The notes: generated from the letters alone by a model not told the origin. Numbered from the whole stretch's first letter, positions 1 to 13,784 are shown. The stretch: 63,955 nucleotides of DNA, filler included, from Reticulomyxa filosa (GCA_000512085.1; 20 parts of 20 records of this genome joined end to end with filler, not necessarily neighbours in it), one strand, 5' to 3'. Numbers and translations are program-made.

Positions 1-23
1 AAAAATATTAACGACCAAGTAAA

Positions 24-1830
24 CCTCTTTCTTCAACAGGAATAGTACTTGTGTCAAGTGGTGCACGAGGACTCAACCAATTTTCTACAACAATCCTATT
101 TTCATTAAGAAATCCTGTTTTGAAAATCGACTTTTTTTCTTCTTAGTGTCACATAATATATTTTTTATTGTTTGCGAGACACTTGAGATCAGAATCAACA
201 ACTAGTTCTGATTCAATTTTTTCTTCATCTTTGCTGATGGCAGTAAACTGACAATTAAATTCAAACTCGTCTTGCGCATTTTTGTTTTCGATAATCACCA
301 CGCTCGATCTATCCGTCAACTGATAATTTGAAGAAGGTTCCATTTCCAGATCTTCAGGGGTTGTTTCTCCATCAGCACTTCTGCACGCGTTTTCACTATT
401 GAGTCCGTGTCGCCGACGTATGCAAAGTGGTCGCATCCCGGTTTGCATTTAAAGTATCTTTTTTCATTCAATCGTCAAATAAGAATGTCTTATCAATACA
501 TCCTACATTAACATTTCTTCTCTTTTTTTTCAAAACAAAAATTTTTCAGTGTTTGCCCTTTACCCTGAAATCTTCCATCCATCTGCAATAGAATCAAGTG
601 GCTCGGATCCTACAATTAGCCATCTAACATGTCGGTTTGTCCAATATGGATATGTACACATATTTTTTAATACACCCAAATTTGGAACGCTTAAAACTGA
701 GAAAATTCTAAGAAAAAAAAAGCTGAAACTGACTCGTGGTGTTGTCTTTAAGCAAGACACAGTCGCTCACTTTGAAGAAGACTTCTTCATTGTGACTGCC
801 ATTCTCCAGTTCTTTGACAATTGTTTCCCTTGTAACAAACAAGCAATGGGCTTCTTTTGGCGGTAACGTAGTTGTTACAATCGATAATGATGTTGAATTC
901 GTCCAATTGAATGCCGAATCTGCTGTCTTCCCCAAAATGGACTTTTCCAATGTATTTGATCACATCTGCAAAAAGTCAACAGATTGTTTTTTTTTTAAGC
1001 TGTCAAAAATCGATATGCAATTCAACAAATTAAAAAGTGGAAAAAAGGCATGTGTATATGTAAATTATGTATACATATGTGTACATATATGTACATACAT
1101 AACATGTAAGTATAGTTACATTTTCTATTGTTAGTTAATTCAATTTGATTTCTAACGACACAGTCACGAGTTGTTGAGCAGTGTGTGTAATCATAGTAAG
1201 TTCTTGTACGATCTTGCACTTGCCAGATCATCGGCTGCTGGTTCACATCATTATTGTCTATAGGTATGCCGTCGTCAAAGTTGGTGAGTCAATGATTGTG
1301 AGTGGTGGGATAGCCTTTTGCGATTTGGTTCAATGTGACTTTGTTTACAAGTTTGTTTGAAAAGATAGAAGGGGCCGGTTTGACAATGTGACTATTATAA
1401 ACCATCAATTTCGATCGATGAAGAAATGGTAGTATTATAAAATTTATTTTTGACTTTGAAAAGGGTATACGATCGAATATCTGATCTTTTATTTATTTAT
1501 TAACAATTTCATGTATTATACACTTTCGGAACAAACAACAAAAAAATTGGTATCCTCTCTTCACGTGAAGATATACAACGTCAACCTGGATGTTGCCAAT
1601 ATCAGGAGAGATCACAATAAACAAAAGTATTTTTTGGGCCGTGATGACAGCACCTTTTTTTTGAATGATGTTATTATTTTGGGTGTCTTGGGTTTCGTTG
1701 ACTCTATTCTTTCTTTTTTGGTAACTGTTGCAGTTTTGCAGAGGAGTGTATTGGAGAAGAAATCCTTGAGAAGCGAGCTCCATGTTGTATACTTTTGACT
1801 TGTTAGATTGTTTGAAGAGAGAAGAGTCAA
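24..1830 (-). pseudogene. Decayed multi-exon gene of unknown function (possible N-terminal signal anchor)
   Basis: Collinear minus-strand coding-like blocks (ORFs 1612-1830, 1022-1246, 708-950, 560-760, 149-448) separated by AT-rich intron-like tracts. In-frame TGA at 1614-1612, 1563-1561, 1291-1289 and 470-468. Confidence 0.5.
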
Positions 1831-2260
1831 ATCACATTCATAATGTTCAAGAACTTTTTTTAAAAAAGGAAATTTTCTTTTCCAGAGAAGAGTCGTTACT
1901 CAAGAAAGTAAGATTCATTTTTTTAAAAAAATTTAATTTGAATTATCTGTAGTTAACCTGTTTTTGAAATCACAAATAAAAAATGAAATAAAATACAAAA
2001 TTTGAACAATTATTTTGTTCAAATTTTTTTTGTCAAAAATGTGAAAATATTTCCAAAAAATTGCAAATTTGCATCTTTTTTATAAATATTTATGAGTTTT
2101 GCATTTATGTCTTAGTTAAGAAAAAAAGGTCTTTTTTTTTTTTTTTTTCTTTGGTTGTCTCTTATCTACAGTACCAATCAGTAATTAGGGTGTTAATCGC
2201 TCTCTTAACAACATACTCGTATGTCTTTTTTCTTTTTTAAATTCTTTTTCAACTTAAAAA

Positions 2261-2360
2261 NNNNNNNNNNNNNNNNNNNNNNNNNNNNNNNNNNNNNNNN
2301 NNNNTTAATTAATTAANNNNNNNNNNNNNNNNNNNNNNNNNNNNNNNNNNNNNNNNNNNN
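2261..2360. other. Artificial contig spacer N44-TTAATTAATTAA-N44 (first of 19)
   Basis: Identical 100-nt linker with stops in all six frames, also at 10885, 12105, 14014, 16049, 27315, 28458, 30231, 32421, 36142, 41468, 45746, 47221, 49774, 52093, 53193, 55164, 61218 and 62845. Adjacent contigs are not physically linked. Confidence 0.99.
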
Positions 2361-2552
2361 TTTGCATTGAGTATATCAAGCGATATTTCGCATTAGTTTT
2401 GTTTTTTTTTTTTTTTTTAAAAAATTTTAAAAAGAAAATTTTAAAAAATTCCAAAAAAAAAAAAATAATAATAATTTCTCCCCTTTTTTTTTAATATGTA
2501 TATGCGATTGGTGGGGGGGGGGGGGGGACTGGGATCTTTGAATGAAAGTAGA

Positions 2553-5500
2553 ATATCCCAGTGCACACGGTGAACGAAGCATTGCAACACAAAGACATTC
2601 GGTTAATACTGGAATCGTATCGCGACGCAAAGGTCCTGGAGGCGCATCAGCAGATCCGAGTGAAGAGCATTCAAAACAAATACGAACGCAAAAGCAAAAA
2701 GTCATCGAAGCAGTGGCAACTCGATCTGACGGACGCGCTTTTCCGAAAAGTGGTCACAAAGATTCGCAAAAGCAAGAGTATGAGCGAAGCGGAAGGAGAG
2801 AAGCGAGAGCCAGACCAAGTGGAGGGTGAACAGGTGGAAGAGTTGACACAACAAGAACAAGACCAGAACCAGAACCAGAACCAGAACCAGGAACAAGAAC
2901 AAAAAAAAAATAAAGAAAAAGAAGAACTCGAACCTTTGGATTGGGCCATATTCCAATTCGAAACTATGCAATTGAGTGTTAAAAAAATGACGGTGGAATT
3001 GTACGGATCGGGCGGAGTGGCTGCGCTAGCATTGCATTTGAAAAAGGTCAATCAGCTTCGCTATTGCTTATTGCACTTTCAGTACGGCCATATCGCCATT
3101 CGAAAAAAGCTTTTATTGGTCATATGGGTCGGTGGGCAACCAATGGAACAATCGGAATTAGTCGCCATGTTTAAACACAAGAGAAGTATTGAAGAGACCT
3201 TAGGAGTTTTTTGTTTTGTTCTTTTCATATATTTTTTTGCGCGTATTTATATATGTATACGTATATATATATATATATATATATGCATATACATATACAT
3301 ATATGTATATGTAATATGTATTATGAGAAGGGAGGGAGGTCCATTACACAAGCTCTATTGTCTACTACTACTACAATTCATTGTAAGCAAAAGTATTCAG
3401 TATCACAATTGGTGTGCACTATATGCATAGACAACCAAAACTCTGACGATCAACTCTTCGACGCGCTTGAAGCGATCGATGATACTATCGCAATTGGCTC
3501 GTGAGGGCTTGGTGTCGGAAATCCTCATTCGTGTGGTAATCAAAATGGATGATAACGACGAAAAAGCAGAGAACTATGACGACTATGACTTAGAGCATTC
3601 GATGTTGCACTCGCATGAAATCAAGTCGACTGAAGTATCGCCCAGCTTCGATGAAAGCGTGGATGACGCTGTATCTATGCCACAGCTGTCGCTGAAAATG
3701 AGAATGGAGAGAGAGATTCAAATGCAAAAAATGGAAGCGAGTTACAATAGCTATGGATATGAAGAACATAGCAATAGTAATGGCATTCGAAACGGCAATG
3801 GCAATGTCAATGATAATACCAATGACAATACCAATAAAAAGGAATTATCCATGTGTATTACGCAGATCGTAATTGGACTTTGCAAATTTTGAAAGAAAAG
3901 TTATCGAAACATTATAGTTTGCCATTGACTAATTTGCAAGTAACTCTGATTCCAGATACATTTAAAAAAGAGCAATTTTCCAAATTCAAACAAGTGAAAA
4001 CTGCAAAAATGGAAAAACTATTGACACAAGAGAATAAAACATTGCATGAATTAGATTTAATCCATGGAAGCTTGATTTATTTAAGTCATTTAAAACAACA
4101 CATTTCACACAAAAAAATTCGAGTGGATCGACAAAAGAATTTGGAACGCATTTTCAGTTTCAGTTTGGATTCGTCAATCAAACCTTCGGATATGTCCCGA
4201 TCTTTTTCGACACCACAACAATCTTCTTCTCATGTTGTTCCTACCTTCACGCCAAATATTCGCAAAGACGGTCATGCACCTGCTGCCAATACTACTGATG
4301 ATACCAGTCCTGTCACGCCAAGACTCGCTTCATCGCCTTTGCATGGCGCCAAACATAATGAACATTATTTTCAAGTTCGTTCAATTCATGAAGACGCTAT
4401 GCCTTCTCCTGTTCAAGACAATGATCAATTGATCGTTAATTTTTATCACATACATATACATATATAAATATATGTAAATAGTGTACATGTCATCACAATA
4501 ACAATCGTTAGATGGAAATGCCACAATATCCACCAAGTGATATATCCAATGAAATAAATACAATTATGGAATATGATAATGAAAATGATGATAATAATGA
4601 AAATGTCAAACAAAATGAAAATATTGATAACGAGGACAATAATAATGATGACAATAATGATACAAATGACAACAATGAAAATGATGACAATAATAGCGAA
4701 TGGGAAAAAACAATAAAATTGATGATAAATACTCCATTTGAAAACACCGCGCCATCTCCAGCTCCTCTTCCTGCTGTTGCACCAATTCCTTTGTTTTTCC
4801 CAATTCCGACTTCACTTCCAACCCTCATTCCTGCTCCTTTGCCTACATCAGATTCCTTGCAAGGCAAACCTATTCCTGCACTAACTACGTTACCTGATTT
4901 GGATGTATTGTCCCAAAACAGAAAACGCAAAGCCCGCTCGTATTTATCCGAAATCTCTGACGAAAAACATCACTCTTCCGATGCACCATTGACATTAAGT
5001 CAAAGCAATACTGAAGATGCACCTGATTCTCCTGAATCCAAACTATTGTTTACGGAAGGAATTCATGGCGACTTTGGAGCCAATGCTGTTGATTTAATTC
5101 CATATCCCAACACAGATGTTGAAAAATATGTTCAAGAAGACAATATCGATTTGGAAGATGTTCAAATTATCCGAGAAAAAGTCGGTCAAGGCAAAACAGC
5201 TGTTGTTCATAAGGCTATTTACAAAGAGCAAGTTACTGTTGCCTTGAAAGAGTATAAGTTTGGTCGTCTCACTGAACAAATCATGAAAGACTTTCATCGC
5301 GAAGTACGAGTTCTCAAGTTTTGTTCTGCTTAACATTTAATCACTTTTTTTTTTTTAAAAAAAAAAATTTTATCTCTCATATAATATATTTGTTCCATAG
5401 ACAATTGCGGCATCCGAATATTGCTCTGTTGTTGGCATCACACATTGATACCGAAACAAAAGAGTTGTTTTTATTATTAGAGTGGCTTCCTGGTGGATGT

Positions 5501-6239
5501 CTTTTTGATGTTTTAATGAACAAAGAATTTGAAATTGGCTATTTGGATGTGCTGACAGTTATATTATATCAAACTTTCACATGCTTCGTATCTTCATTTA
5601 AATATTATTTGTTTGTTGTGTAGATGGCACTCGATGTTGCCAGAGGTATGGAGTATTTGCATGCTCAGAGCATCATTCACAGAGATCTAAAGAGTCATAA
5701 GTTTTGTTCAAATTTATTTATTTTGCTTTTTTTTTACTGATATGATAATATAAATGTTCTCTTTCTATAGTTTGTTGTTGGATGAAGAATTCCGAGTAAA
5801 AGTCACAGACTTTGGTACAGCCAAGCATATTGATAAACTCACTTCCGCGATGACTGAAATTGGAACATTAGGATATATGGCACCTGAGGTTGTCGAACCA
5901 CCATTACCACATGGCTATGACAGCAAGGTGGATGTATTCAGCTATGGCGTACTTTTGTGGGAAATGTACTGTCGAGGTTCGGAAGACAACACTTTGAAAG
6001 GAATTGGATTAGGTAATTATGTTAAAAAAGTAAAGAAAGGAGTTAGACCACATATTCCAAATCACTGTCCTCAAGAATTTTTGAAATTAATCTGTGCTTG
6101 TTGGGAATTTGAGCCAAGAAAGCGACCACCATTTGTTGATATTGTCAAGTACTTACAACAAGTTATCCATTTGCACAAAGATGAATTTGAAAAACTTTAT
6201 ACAAGTGATTCTTGTGATGTTGAAGAATTGGCAACTTAA
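2553..6239 (+). CDS. TKL-group protein kinase with N-terminal ADF-H (coactosin/drebrin-like) and ubiquitin-like domains; 5' partial, spliced
   Basis: Kinase motifs GQGKTAVV, VALK, HPNI, HRDLKSHN (across an intron), DFG, GTLGYMAPE, DVFSYG, CW..EPRKRP. Frame-preserving GT-AG introns at 3206-3430, 3777-3841 (putative), 4435-4511, 5318-5400, 5558-5623 and 5701-5770; TAA stop at 6237-6239. ADF-H-like DWAIFQF..YGSGGVAAL..LRYCLL..KLLLVIWVG. UBL-like WTLQILKEKLSKHYSLP..ENKTLHELDLIHGSLIYL. Confidence 0.9.
2863..2890 (+). repeat. (CAGAAC)n coding minisatellite (Gln-Asn repeat)
   Basis: cagaac repeated about 4.5 times in exon, encoding QNQNQNQNQ. Confidence 0.85.
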
Positions 6240-8858
6240 CTTGTAATCACTTTTTGCCTCGTCCAAAAAAAAACTGGATTTGTTGTTTTGTCATGTATAA
6301 TTTCATCTTTTTTTTTTTTGCTTGTTTTGTTCTGTTTTTGTGAATGAAAAAATTGCAAAGAAAAGTGGTTGAAACACTTCTTTTTTTTATCTGTTTGTCT
6401 TTTTTTTTTTGCACAATTTCGATCATGTGGATGACGAAATTCCTTCTAATTGGAATACAAATCACCAATTTAACATGTAACACAAAAGAATCACAATATT
6501 TTTTATTGGATAATGTAATAACCGAACATTTTTAAAAATATTCTTATAAGTCAAATACAAATACGATGAGTCATCTATGAAAAGGTAGCCATCATTTTCC
6601 ACGCAACATCCGAAGATCAAAGGATTAACAATGTTATACCCCGACGAAATTTGGATATGGAATAATGACAACTCCACTTTTGTTGTCTTAAATCGAACAT
6701 TCAATTGAATATCAGCTAGCTCCATTCCATCTGTCAAAGTTGATAAACACAGATCGAAAACACACTGGAATGGAAAAGTTGATGGTGTTTCACCGAGTGA
6801 TATTTAAAAATTTTCCAGCGCTGTTGTCATTTTATTATTGCAATTTGCTAATCTTGTCTTTGTCAATTGTGGTATTAACAAATATTACGTCGTTCTTCGT
6901 TGTAGTAGTTGCATTCATCTAAGCATTTCTATTTCACTTTCAACACATTCTAATAAAATTCCGGTACACAAAGACATTTCATTAAAACAATTTGTTAGAA
7001 GATTTTTTATAAACATGAAAAATCTCTATATTGCCGGTAAGCGGCCGACTTTTGTCCCCCTTTCTTAAAAAGAAAGGATGGAAACGTAAATATAAAGATA
7101 AATTGGAGATATACTTCAAATTATCCTTATTAGACAATGTGTGGAGATTCTGAATAATTTTTAAAATATGTTTTTATGTTATTTAAAAAAAATGACATTA
7201 ATTTTTGAAATTATTTTTATATTTGTAAATAATTTGAACATTACTTACACTTTTTATTAACTTTTCTCATTTTTTTGTTTTTTAAGTCAACATGTTTTTT
7301 TTGCTATTGATCAAAACTAGGTTTTATGTTTTGTGAGAAAAAATCTAGGTAATAACGCTTATTCCTTGAAAAATGATATTAAGATTGAGATTTTTGTTTG
7401 ATTTATCTTATCTTGTAGGTGACAATGAAGATACTGCAGTTGATGTTCTGCAAAAAGACATACTCGCTTGAATAAACGTCTACATATACTATTATCAGAC
7501 AAATTGGCTGACAACACAAGCATATTGTTAAATTCAAAATAATGACGTTGAAAAGATCAAAGCATTCATTACATTTAAATTTTGTCATTCGCAAGCCGAA
7601 TTTGCATCAAAAAAAACATTGCAAACGAACAAAAGACATTTGACACAGTATTGTCTACATATGAAACATTTTCAAAAGAATATATGTGAATTTATGAGAA
7701 CGGAAAGCAATTACTAACAGTTCCTGCGCCGCAAGTATTTATTGAAACAACTAAGTAAATCCCTTTTAAAAACAGCCAAATAGACACAAAAGAAGTGAAC
7801 AATATAAATTCGAGTAAGCCCAACTCCAATGAAGAACACAAAGTTCGCCGTTGGACAATCATGTTAATGTGATAACAATGTTGATACAGTTTGCGACAGC
7901 CATCGAATATCTTTGTGACGCAGAAGCAAACTTAAATTGTCGCTTGTTGTACGAATATGTTGTATTTGAACGAATGAAACTGGATAAATAACAACAATAA
8001 CAGTTACAAAAAGGATTAATTTCATTACTTCTTGTTGCAAATAGTTTTTTTCCAAAAAAAAGAGATTATCATCAGTTTTCCAATGATTACTTTAAAAAAG
8101 AATGATGATATGGAGTACGTGTTAAAATGTCGAAGAAGAAGTGCAGATTGACACGAGCAAAAAAACAACAGTTTTGCAAACTGGAGTATATACTTGCAAA
8201 CCGCAAACAAGATAAAAGAAAAGAAATGGAGTGTGGCCACGACAGAATAAATGACACACTTACTGTCCAAATCATTTTTTAAAAAAATTGTATAATTTTT
8301 TTTAATTAAAAAAAAGATGACTCTATAAAATAAATTTTATGATAACCATTAACAAAAATCAAAAGTATAACATTTGAACACAATTTTGGTTGTTTTTAAT
8401 TGGAAGTAATAAGTAAGCTACTTATAAAAAGAATGAGAAAGTTGCATTTGGAGATATTATTACTTCGGTTGTGATTATTCATTAATGAATGAATGAATGA
8501 TTTAAATAAAAAACCAAAAAGTATAATGAGAATCATGATCTACCTGACCCTAAAAATAAATTGAACAAACAAAAAAAACCACAATAAATAACTTACATAT
8601 CCAGGAGATCAGAGATGAATGCCTTGATTTTCAAATCAAAGCATTACAAAATATTAAATAAAGAGAAAAAATAACAAAGCAAATGATCGGGAATGTTTTG
8701 GCCATTATTCATATGTACAATATATTAATGTTGTGTGATTGTATCAAAGCCTTTCCAAAAAAATTATTGCATTTTTGGAATAATCACAGCGGCTGATTTG
8801 ATTGGTGAGAATTCAAAAGATTTTTTGTGTTTTCATGATATGCGACGCAACTCGTAAA

Positions 8859-10814
8859 TTATGCAGTTTCTTGAGATAATCCAATATGAGTTTGAACTTT
8901 CGAGTTTGGAAATTGAAAAGGAGTCGGAGGACGAGCAGCTTTGGGAAAATAATTGAGTATATCCTTAGATAAATCTAAATTTTCAAAATTAAATGGAGAT
9001 GAGATATTTGAGCGAATACTTTTTGTTTGATTTTCATTTTCATTTTTGTTGTCAATATCGTCAAAATCATCACCTTCTCCTTCTTCTCCAATGCCATCAT
9101 CAGATGAATAATAGGATCTTGATTGGAACACATTTGTTTGGAATGATCGAGTTGTTGATTTGTCATCAACCGTAGACTGTTTCTCTTGAAGAAAGAGTTC
9201 AACTAATTTGATTTTTTTTTTTAACAAATTTGCCAAAGTATATATACATATATACATTAGTCACAAAAAAAAAAAAAAAAAATATTCTGCATAAAATATT
9301 AAAAAACGTAATAAACTTTCGGATTCGGTTGCAAAAAATCTTCTTATTTCGACATCTTCGATATCATGTTTGAGTTTGATAACACATGATCTGACATCTT
9401 CTCTGTTGATGAATTGAGAATTGTTAAGTAAGTTTATAGATAACAATCTCGCCAAAGCAAATCGAACATTAGAAATACGATCATTCGCGTAATCCAACAA
9501 CTTTGGCAAAAAATGTTTATTGAATAACTCAATGGGGATTCTTGTGGAACATGCTTCACACAATTTCACATACCTGTTGTTTATCAAAAAATAGACCTTT
9601 TTTTTTTTTTTTTTTTTTTTAGATTTTATTTGGAAAAGTAATGTACAAAGGAATAAATCACATAACAACAAGCGCTTAGAATAAGTTTTTGAACCATGGA
9701 TATAATCACATTTAGAAATAACTTCTTCCAGTTGCTCATAGTTGGATTCCTTGTAAAAAACTTGAATTAATTGAGTAATTGGAACCACTGCCGCATATCT
9801 CACATCCGCCATTCGATCATCACAAAGTTGAAATGCCAACGGAATCAAATGTTCCACAACTTGATTAGACTTGTACAAACCCATCATTTCATGCAATTGT
9901 CTATTCCATAATTTGTTGAATTACCACACAAAGTAGATTTATAAAATCATTTTATATAAACAAAAAAAAAAAAAAATTTGTTAACTCAGCCAACAACAAT
10001 CGAAACCTCCAATTAATATCCGATTCAGATCCCAATTCCCACAGCGTATCCAAATATTCATCTCTTTCTTTTGACTCATAACGCGTATTATTTTCCAAAA
10101 GTTGCTTATCACACCAATCCGAATCTATCATCCAAATAATAAAAAAAAAAAATTTGTATTGTGATTGACACAAATATAAATATAAACATACATCATCAAT
10201 GTCTTTGAGAAAAAAATCAATAGCATCAAGTAAATAGATCTCAGTCAATTCAGTTCCCAAAATGGCACATATTTCATGAATAGAACAAGACAGACTTTTG
10301 CGAGATTGAAAGGATTTGCGAACTAGCACGTGGAAGGTAGAATTAAGTTCTTGCCAACGATCTTTTCCCAAGGCCAAAGCCACTCCGGGAAAATGCAATG
10401 AGCAATGAGTGATACAATCAGTATCCGCTTCATACGAAGACAAGTTTGGAATATTCGTAAAGTAGTTCACTAACTCTTTCTTCACTTGATGGCTTTGCAG
10501 CTGAGAAATCAATGGACCCAATTGCTCATATGCACTATTTCGAACCCAGCGGGATGTCTTTTTTACGATTATTTGTTTAATCACATTTCAATGTATGTGT
10601 GTCCACCAACTTTTTTTTTTTTTTTTTTTTTGCAATAAAGGAAAAAGTGAAAAGAGTTAAAAAAACATACGTCGTTGAGGAATTGTTCCATCAGTGGAAC
10701 AAAGTATGTTCTCGTTTCTGGGTTCGTTGTAGCCATAACACTCACCAAGCTCTCGACACATCCTTTTCGAACACTCCATATATTGTCTTGACATAATGTT
10801 TTGAATACTGGTAG
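8859..10814 (-). CDS. PPP4R1: Ser/Thr protein phosphatase 4 regulatory subunit 1-like HEAT-repeat protein; 5' partial, spliced
   Basis: Exons encode DNIWSVRKGC, FLND|TSRWVRNSAYEQLGPLIS, HCSLHFPGVALALGKDRWQEL, RKSLSCSIHEICAILG, NWRFRLLLAE, LCDDRMADVR and ANDRISNVRFALAR, which match PP4R1 HEAT motifs. Confidence 0.85.
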
Positions 10815-11139
10815 CTTTTATCATTGTATGTATTTGCACACATAATACATATATGTATATTATATATTTTAAAAAAAAAAAAAANNNNNNNNNNNNNNNN
10901 NNNNNNNNNNNNNNNNNNNNNNNNNNNNTTAATTAATTAANNNNNNNNNNNNNNNNNNNNNNNNNNNNNNNNNNNNNNNNNNNNTCAAATTATACGCCAT
11001 TCAAAGCGCAATACAATGATCCATATCCGATTCATGCCGTCACTAAAATTGATATTTATTCAGCGACAGGCACACATGTTGTAGTGTGGCTTCATGATTT
11101 ATTATATTGAATTTCAATCAGCAACAATTTGATAATGAT

Positions 11140-12060
11140 TTGCCACTTTGTTTACTTTCATATCTGCAACCATCAATACCTGTTGCAACTGTTGTTGTTG
11201 CCATTATTGCTGGGAACTCACTGCAGCACCAATGGCAATATAAACAGCGACAATTGTCCATTTTCATTTGTACAATTTTAAATATCTATTCAAAATTTCA
11301 AGCAACATATAAAAATATAACCAATTACGTATAAAGATGTTATGTTGAATATATAAATACATATATATAATACTTTTTCAAGCAATGGACCCATTACGAT
11401 CATAACGTCATGTGACAGGAAAGAGGAACATGCGAAACAGCAAATCTTGTGAATGTGATAAATTGAATTTTTACTGTTCGAGTGAGCGCTTCAGTTTCAA
11501 TGACAATACCACCATCAATCATTCCGTTATTTGAAATCATTGAAAGGTTCGTTCCTTAGAACTACAATTTTTTGAGTGGCAGCCTTGTCAATAGAAGACC
11601 ATTCCACTTCTTGCATCCGAGAGATTCGAACAATTCGTTCATATCCACAGTGACAAGGTATTTGAGAGGGAGGAAGGGAGCATAATACAATCGACTGCTG
11701 ACAACATATTGAAGTAATTCATTGCTTTGTTTTGTCAAATGATGGAGCGACTTTTGAATTGTCGATCCAATTATCGACTGACACGACATTGTTGCTTTTC
11801 GTTACAAATGACACAGCAACATTAGCTCTCTCGTGCACACCAAATAAAAGTCGATGAAATATAGCAAATATTTGCTCACCCAATATCAGTCCAATGTCTC
11901 GAAACAATTGACTAATGAGTAGAATAGAACATGGTCTGCGTTTCGTCATCATCATCATTTTAATCATCATTAGGCATTGTCATACCAGTTAAGCAGTTTC
12001 TATTGGGAGTCTCGGAATACTCTTTTTTCTTTTCATCCACGATATTTTCCGACTACCAAG
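11140..12060 (-). pseudogene. Frameshifted coding remnant, unknown family
   Basis: Overlapping minus-strand ORFs in different frames (11719-11970, 11562-11789) with coding-like composition and internal stops; no recognisable motif. Confidence 0.3.
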
Positions 12061-12399
12061 TCCATCTGCTATTGTCATCGCCCTTATGATGAGGGATACA
12101 TCTTNNNNNNNNNNNNNNNNNNNNNNNNNNNNNNNNNNNNNNNNNNNNTTAATTAATTAANNNNNNNNNNNNNNNNNNNNNNNNNNNNNNNNNNNNNNNN
12201 NNNNAATGTTAATTTATTTTTTTTTACGGTGAATTAAGTCGCAATTGGTGGACAAAGTCCAAGAATTGCTTCCAGATTTCAATGTATTGTCACTATCAAT
12301 GAAACAATTCATTATTGATCGTAGAAACCAGATGTCAGACTCAAAGTTGTGAAAACAGCAGCAAATTCGTTATCGATACCAAGAGAAGATTTGAGCTAT

Positions 12400-13580
12400 T
12401 ATCAAGTTTCTTCAAAGTTGAGGTCAACACTTGACAAGACCCACTACAACCAATCTCCATGTGCAGATGATATATCCAATAACACAGTATATGTTATGCC
12501 ATTTGATCAAATGAAGAATATATTGTTTCTGCTTGATTTTGAGGCAATAGATTGCGTTCGTCCAGATACATATTCTTTCCTATAGTTTCCCAACACTGGA
12601 AAGCAATACAATTAGTCGATAATCATAATGTTAATGTTTGTTTCCATTCTTCCGATTTCTTAAGATTCCATAATTCAATACATTCAGTTCGTCATTATCT
12701 GTCTCCAATTACTGAAAATGCTTGAAATGGATTCGGAACATAGTGTAATGTCTATTAATGATTTTTCTCCATATCTTTCAAATTTGTCAATCACCACCGA
12801 TTATAATATATTCACTGATCACTTGATTCCAATTTGTTGTCTTGTTTGAATAACAGTACCAATAATTGAATCACTTGTATTTTTGCCATTTCTTCAAGAG
12901 TTTTTTTAATTTCTTGTTCTGATTCTCGAATTGATATTCTTGAACAGAACAATTCTGTTTATTTCTGGATTTATTGTTGTTTCCTTTCTTTTTTGTTTCT
13001 GCTCTTTAACGTATTCGTATATAGAGCATTTCGGAGTTCTTTGCTTCTTTATTTGGCCTTCTTTTCTATTTTCATCAACTTTTTGTCATTTTGGACATTA
13101 TCTCCAACTCCAGAAAATCCTCTCTTTCATTGCTAAATTAATTGATGACATTCTTCCATTGTTTGTCAATGATGCTCCATTATCCAAATCTGGATCAATA
13201 ACAATATATCTTTAATTAATTAACAATCTAATTTTTAATCAATAAATTAGGATCAACTAATCGGTTAAGTATTGTACATGTTGTCTTTATTGATGTCGTT
13301 TTTACTCTCGTGGTTGCCATGAATATCTGCATCTTTATTTTGAATATATGTTTCTATGCCTGAATATAGCATCTTTCGATTACATCTGCAAATAAAATAT
13401 ATTCAAACCGTAACAATCTTACTAATTAATGATAGTGCTAGTCATACCTTAATTGGCCTGCTAGCCTTGCCAACGACTTTCTTATTAGCACTTCGCTGCT
13501 GTAAAAGGTCTTTCTTTTAACCGCACATTATTTTGGTTGTAGTTGAGTTTATGCTTAAACTGACTATAGCCATCCTACCC
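12400..13580 (-). mobile_element. Degraded non-LTR retrotransposon (APE endonuclease remnant)
   Basis: Minus strand 12775-12655 reads SLIDITLCSESIS..NW(R)/TDNDELNV..WNLK with frameshifts, resembling the IDxTL(C)S C-terminal motif of LINE APE endonucleases. The surrounding strand is A-rich and riddled with stops. Confidence 0.4.
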
Positions 13581-13784
13581 AAATAAACTTCAACAACAGT
13601 TTCCAACAAAATAAGAAAATTGTTAAGACAAACACTAGTTTTACAATGTTCAACTAAAAAAAAATTTTTACTATAAACGATTTTCAAGTATTAAAAAAAA
13701 TTTCTTCTTTTCTTCTTCAAGACTAAAAATCTCTTTCAAAAACTTCAAGATGTCAAAGTGTCTGACTGTTCTTGAGTTTTTCTC

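Noticed and set aside
2305-2316. TTAATTAATTAA recurring 19 times as a possible repeat, CRISPR or PacI-type element
   Set aside because: Always centred in N-runs of fixed length; it is a concatenation linker.
3240-3320. ORF extensions rich in Y/I/C/M (also about 21160-21220, 21960-22080, 34780-34870)
   Set aside because: Translations of intronic (TA)n/(TATG)n microsatellites.
6462-8275. Short ORFs between the kinase and PP4R1
   Set aside because: No motifs or consistent exon chain; may be very old gene debris but cannot be supported.
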